Positions 58,905 to 64,000 of a stretch of DNA of 64,000 nucleotides are shown one piece after another. A program made the position numbers and the translations under genes. Source of the DNA: Eledone cirrhosa (taxonomy: Eukaryota); the NCBI GenBank assembly GCA_964016885.1, contig OZ024741.1, forward strand, positions 101,432,001-101,496,000, given 5' to 3'. Position 1 is the first letter of the stretch. Each line of letters opens with the position of its first letter. The notes below the pieces were generated by a model. It was not told the origin of the DNA, made no database searches, and worked only from the letters and a program-made list of their open reading frames with translations.

Positions 58905-59090
58905 AATTGTTTCTACTTTGGCACAAGGCCAGCAATTATCCAGTACATTACTGGTACTTTATTTTATCGACCCCGTAAGGATGAAAGGCAAAGTTAACCT
59001 CGGCGGGATTTGAACTCAGACTGTAAAGGGACGTAACTATGCTAGAAAGCATGGCGTCCAACCCTCTACCGATACTGCCAATTCACCACC
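58905..59090 (-). mobile_element. SINE-B, full length, with target-site duplication
   Basis: Minus strand GGTGGTGAATTGGCAG...GAGTTCAAATCCC (B box)...GCCTTTCATCCTTACGGGGTCGATAAAATAAAGTACCAG; flanked by direct repeat ACCAATACACATAAT (58893-58907, 59088-59102). Confidence 0.85.
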
Positions 59091-59151
59091 AATACACATA
59101 ATGATTGCTATGTTTATCATATCTGTAAAATCTGTAATTTATCTTTGACAG

Positions 59152-59259
59152 ATGGGATCAAATTTTTTCTTTCATCTAACCATGTCATTTTGAGTTCTGG
59201 AAATGACAATAATCGAATTGGAGTAGAATACTTTCATAAAGTAACTAATGCTTATTATG
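59152..59259 (+). CDS. TRPT1: TRPT1 exon DGIKFFLSSNHVILSSGN...YFHKVTNAYY (terminal exon not located)
   Basis: AG/GT bounded; GI.FF.S.N.VIL motif of Tpt1. Confidence 0.94.
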
Positions 59260-59269
59260 GTAAGAATTT

Positions 59270-59340
59270 CATTTTTTATTTTTATTTTTATTTTTATTTT
59301 TATTTTTATTTTTATTTTTATTTTTATTTTTATTTTTATT
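59270..59340. repeat. (TTTTTA)n
   Basis: Direct reading. Confidence 0.95.
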
Positions 59341-59974
59341 TCTTTCTTGCAATTTGAATTCTTTGATTAATAATTTAGAAGACATTACCTTTTCTGCCCA
59401 CCTCCATTTAGTGTACCAGAAACTGTGCTATAACTGTTTGTTATTGTTGTTGTTTAGCTTTTGCTCAGTTTTTCTTATCAAGTTCACTTGGTTGTAGTCA
59501 GCAACAATAGAGCAACAGCCAACAAGGTTGCTTCTGGGTGCTCATTCAGGATTAGTAGCACTGAAGTTTAAGCTATACTGTCAGAAGCGGTACCAGAGTC
59601 AGTGAGGGTTATCCGAGGCATGGTTATTGCTAGTTGAAAATTATATCATCATCATTTTACATCCACTTTTGTGCTAGCATGGGTTGGATGGGTCATCCCA
59701 GTCCTAGACTAGATGTGTCAGAGAACAACATTTTGCTTTTCATAATAGTTATGGCACTGGTTGTGGGGAAAGAAAGGTTTCTTGGAAAAGGCTGCAACTT
59801 GAATGTGATTATGTAACACCAGTCTTCATGTTTATTTTGTACATGGAAACTCCATTACATTTGATCACCACCTTTATGCTGGATAGATACAATTGGCACT
59901 GAGTACTCTTACCTGTTTACTCCTGTTTATCAACGATATGTCACAACACAGTAATTGGCAATATATATATATAT

Positions 59975-60010
<36 letters not shown>

Positions 60011-60011
<1 letters not shown>

Positions 60012-60320
60012 GTTCTTCTTTTTGGTAAATATCATCTTGGTTAAGAGAGTGGGACTGGCTTTGTGCAGTGCCTTTGCTCACTATAAAAGCTTCACAGCAC
60101 AGGCATTGCTTTATATCTGGAGATCTCTCTGCACTTGTCGTCACATGGTACCATGGCCCCAGCACTATGTGTCAATAATTGTCACAAGTGTAGTGTTTGT
60201 ACCAGAGTTTTCAAGTCGCTGGCTGGACTAAAAAGTCACACTCGTTCAGCGCATCGGTAGGGATTCTCCTACATGGATATAAAGTAGTGGCCGTACTCGA
60301 AAACGAGTTGGCAGCGACCA
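60011..60320 (+). mobile_element. Bipartite non-autonomous RTE derivative related to family D
   Basis: 5' part resembles the family D 5' UTR (18955-19026); 3' part encodes a C2H2 finger and the D-type 3' hairpin; TA tracts on both sides. Confidence 0.7.
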
Positions 60321-60464
60321 TATATATATGTATATATATGTGGCAGCTTTTCCCATGGAAATGTGACTTATTTACTGGATTTACATAACCTCAATTAAAA
60401 ATATATAGTACATTATATAAAATGGAGGAATGGAGGTGCAACTTACACATGAGTATATATGGTA

Positions 60465-60810
60465 TTATCATCATCGTTTTTACATTTGTTTTTCCATGCT
60501 TGCATGGGTTGGATAGGTCCTTCTCACCACGGCATCTCTCTAATCATTGCGTTCCTTCATCATCTCCTCTGTGAGTCTCAGTGTTTTGAGGTCAGTTCTC
60601 ACAACCTCTGTCTAGGTCTTTCTTGGTTTACTTCTACTGCAGCTTACTTCCACTGGCATTTCATGGCACTTCACCCAGTGATCATTATCCATGTCATCAG
60701 CATCACACATCCATACCAACGCAGTCTTCTATCCTGCACACCACCTCAGATTCCCCTTAAACCCAGCTTCTCTCTCTCAATTCGTCCAAGCTCTGCCTTT
60801 CTTTCATATT
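60465..60810 (-). mobile_element. Old family C RTE 3' fragment, cut by the Gypsy LTR
   Basis: CATCACACATCCATACCAACGCAGTCTTCT is the reverse complement of RRLRWYGCVM coding sequence; GAT tail at ~60465. Confidence 0.75.
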
Positions 60811-61089
60811 TGTGGCTAGAAAGAGCTATCTCACTTACCGCTTTTCACAGGCGCCGCTAAATTCCACTGCAGGTACTCCTCTTCCATGTGCGTCCGACTG
60901 CTTAACACCGGGAGCTGCCCAAAACTCACGTCCACACCGTGTGCTGGTCACCACTAGAGAGAGGCCCTCTGCTGGCCCTTCCGGTCGAGCATCCTTCCGG
61001 CCAAAGACCCCTTCCGGTCGAGCACTCCCCCCGCCTCCAGCCACCGCACGCCGCACCATACCCACACGCCCCCCTGATCTCAAGGATCA
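60811..61089 (-). repeat. 3' LTR of the Gypsy element
   Basis: TG...CA ends; preceded on the minus strand by polypurine tract GAGGGGGAAA (61100-61091). Confidence 0.75.
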
Positions 61090-64000
61090 ATTTCCCCCTC
61101 GTCCCTCTGCATATGAAAGTCTGCCGTCCAGGTCGGTGGTCTACGACTTCGTTGCGATCTTCGTAGTATTGGGGCAGAGCTCTGGGTTTCCACCTCATCT
61201 TGGGTTTCCTTTTCCTCGGAGTCCGTCGACACAGTGATTCTTCTTACATCCAGGACATGACGTGGTACCCCGTCCACGGACACATTGTTCTTTGAATTTA
61301 CGGCCGTCATCGTTCCCCTTCCCCATTGAGATGTGCAACGTGCATCTGGGGGCTTAACCCAGACTTCTTCGCCCACCTGACGAATGCACTCTCTCTCCCC
61401 ACTGGCCGTTGTGGTGGCGTGCACGGGTGCCGCCACTCGTATTTGAATACTGCTCTATGTGGCACCGATTCCTCGACCTGTCCAACCCGAGGGGACATAT
61501 TGTACCAGAACACTGCCTCCATTGGTGAGATATGGCCCCGCTCCGCCATTGCCTTGATCGTCCAGTGGTGTCGCTCCACGATTCCATTCCTGCTCGGCCT
61601 GTGCGCCACTCTGAAGAAACGGTCCACCTTCCATCCATCGAGCATCTCCCTCAGTGCCTCCGAGCGGAACGCTGCGCTGTTGTCCATCAGCAGTTCATCC
61701 ACGGGGCCCTGCTCCAAGAACACCTCTCTCAACGTCCGCACGATTTCCTCGGCCGTTCCAGTCTTCATCTCCCTCCATATCGCCATTCGACCTGGTCCAC
61801 AGTCGACCATTGAGAGGTACGTTCCCTGCCGGTAGTGCGTCACATCCACCGCTAATCGCTTCCAGTCGCGATCCACCGGGAGGCTTCCTGTTTCGTGTAC
61901 ACCCGGGGCGGGATCAATGGACTGACATCGGACGCAGCCTCTAACCACCCCCCGAACACTGTGTCTGCTAACGTCCGAGTCGATTCTCCTGGCTAGGAAC
62001 ATGCTCCTATTCACCCCCATGTGGTGCATGTCATGCAACCCCTTCAGGTCTAACTCGGTCAGCCGACACACGGCAGCTATCTCATCCTCTACCTCCTCCG
62101 GCGCTTCCATCCAGGCTTTCTTCACTCTAGTTAAGATGTCCGTCCTATTTTTCTCTGAGGGCATGAACACTACGCTCAGCTTCAGGTCGAACTCGGTGGC
62201 CAGCTCTCCTAACGTTCCCAGGCGGCGCTTTATCAGCATCTCCGCTGCGCCTCTCGTTCGCACTCTATTCTCACTGGTGAGCACTGATCTTACCCATCCG
62301 AGTACAGTAGCCGAGTCGGTGCGTATCTCGATGGTGCGCAGCCCCCACCGCAGGGCGAGGTTCACCCCTCTCAACACCGCGTCCAGCTCGGCCACATTGA
62401 TGTGGATGCAGTCGTCCTTCTTTCTAAGCCAGGCTGCATCCTCGACCTCAACACCCCCTATCTCCAACGTGACACCCAGCGCTATGCTGCTGGCATCGCA
62501 CCATACGGTCCCGCTCCGTGATTTGGGAACGTACCAGCGTCCCCGCACTGGATCGTCGGCCTTCACCCTCCCCACGATCTCCTGCATCATGGCCACCGTT
62601 CTCTCTCCCACTCTGTCACTCCAAGTCACCCCTCCCGCTCGTCTCTTGACATAGCTGCATGCCGTCCGGAGCCACTCAACGATCGGGTAGTGACCCACCA
62701 GCTTTCCACACACCGAGAAAAGCTCCCGCCTATTCATACTTGGGCCCAGTTCCGGAACTTCGTTTCCCCTCTGGAACACCAAAACGCCCGTCTTATCTCG
62801 CCGTAGCCTAAGTCCCAGCGCGGCTCCTCCCTCCAATGCTTCTGATGGCTTCGCAGTCAGTCCATACCTCCGCAAATGGCTCGTGACCTCCGCCGCGACA
62901 CCACTGACTCGTCCACTAGGATGTCGTCAATATAGGAGTTAGTAGCCCTCTTTATCTTGTCGGCCCTCCCCAGAGCGGTCTTGAGGACCGCCGCCATGAT
63001 CTTCGGTGGGGAGGTCAGCCCGAAACCGAGCCTGGTCAGGCAATATGTCCGGCCCTTATACCTGACCAGCTGATACCGCCAGAGCTTCTCATCTATATGC
63101 AACTTCAAGTAAGCCGACTTTAGATCCACGATCGCTGAACCCCCCCTCATGCGTCTCCACTCACGCAGGGTTTCCCCACAGACATCCGTGACCTCGCCAC
63201 CCGTGTGGCATGACACGTGCTCGTTCAGCTCTCGATAGTCCAGCACCAGCCTCACCTTGCTCTTCGTGGGTTGCACCACCGCCATCAACAGCAATACTCC
63301 GCACTTCACCTCCTCCTTCCAGGGAAGCAGTATGCCCTCTTCGATCCATCTCTCTACTTCTCGCTCCTAGCGTTTCCCTTCAATGTGTGTTGATAGCAGC
63401 CCACTTTGGTCTTCAGCGTTGGTGGTTCTCCCTTCCAGTACCACTCAACAACCCATCGCTGCCCATCAAACACGGCCTTGAAGTCTTTGTCCTGTACAGT
63501 GTAAGCGGGGTATTCCTCCTCGTGGGCCTTCTGGTTCTCATGACGTGCACTCACAGCGCATACCGATGCAGCGGCGCCAAACGACACACCGACATTGTTC
63601 ACCGTGACGCCCCCCTAGACGGCCAATCGCGTCCATGCCCATAACCACGCCGATCCCATCCACCACACTGTCTACCACGATGGCGGAAAGCCTTATCGTC
63701 CTTCCCCGTACCGCTATTTCCATCTCGCTGCGACCTCGGCATTCAATTTTCCTGCCGTCGACTGCCCTTATGCTGCTCTTCCCTCCACACCTCTGCGCCA
63801 CCCCCGCGGTCACCAGTGTCGTCGTACAGCCCGTATCCACGAGGGCTCGCTGTGGCTTCCCCCTCACGAAGACTTCCACCACGGGCAGCGCCGCTACTCG
63901 TAAGAGGCAACTACCGGCGCAGTAGTTCCCCTTGGATCGTTTCCCTGGTCGCAGTTAGTAGCGATGTGGCCTGGTCGCTTACACCGGTAGCAAATTATCT
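60811..64000 (-). mobile_element. Ty3/Gypsy-type LTR retrotransposon (gag end, PR, RT, RNase H, IN), frameshifted, runs off window end
   Basis: CCHC knuckle CYRCKRPGHIATNC; protease LVDTGC; RT DLKSAY...YIDD; RNase H WCDASS; integrase H/H/C/C, VDVT, MDN, NGIVERHH. Confidence 0.92.

Overview
AT-rich, repeat-dense animal genomic DNA; the SINE families and giant (TA)n tracts suggest a coleoid cephalopod such as Octopus (inference). One host gene is supported: TRPT1/Tpt1 (tRNA 2'-phosphotransferase), with seven + strand exons at 45510-59259 that splice in frame. A possible divergent promoter lies near 9.75-10.6 kb. The rest is mobile DNA: at least 15 RTE-clade LINE copies in families A/B/C (all with a PHD finger inside the RT), a BovB-like RTE (family D) with C-terminal C2H2 fingers and a (TA)n tail, an Expander-like RTE with a 5' inversion, tRNA-derived SINEs, a decayed Helitron with a head-to-tail junction, Penelope-like remnants with hammerhead ribozymes, mariner and piggyBac-like relics, a CR1-like fragment and the 3' part of a Ty3/Gypsy element. 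The main pattern is repeated retroelement insertion into (TA)n microsatellites in both orientations. All calls were made by eye from the sequence and ORF track, no database searches were run, and repeat boundaries are approximate.
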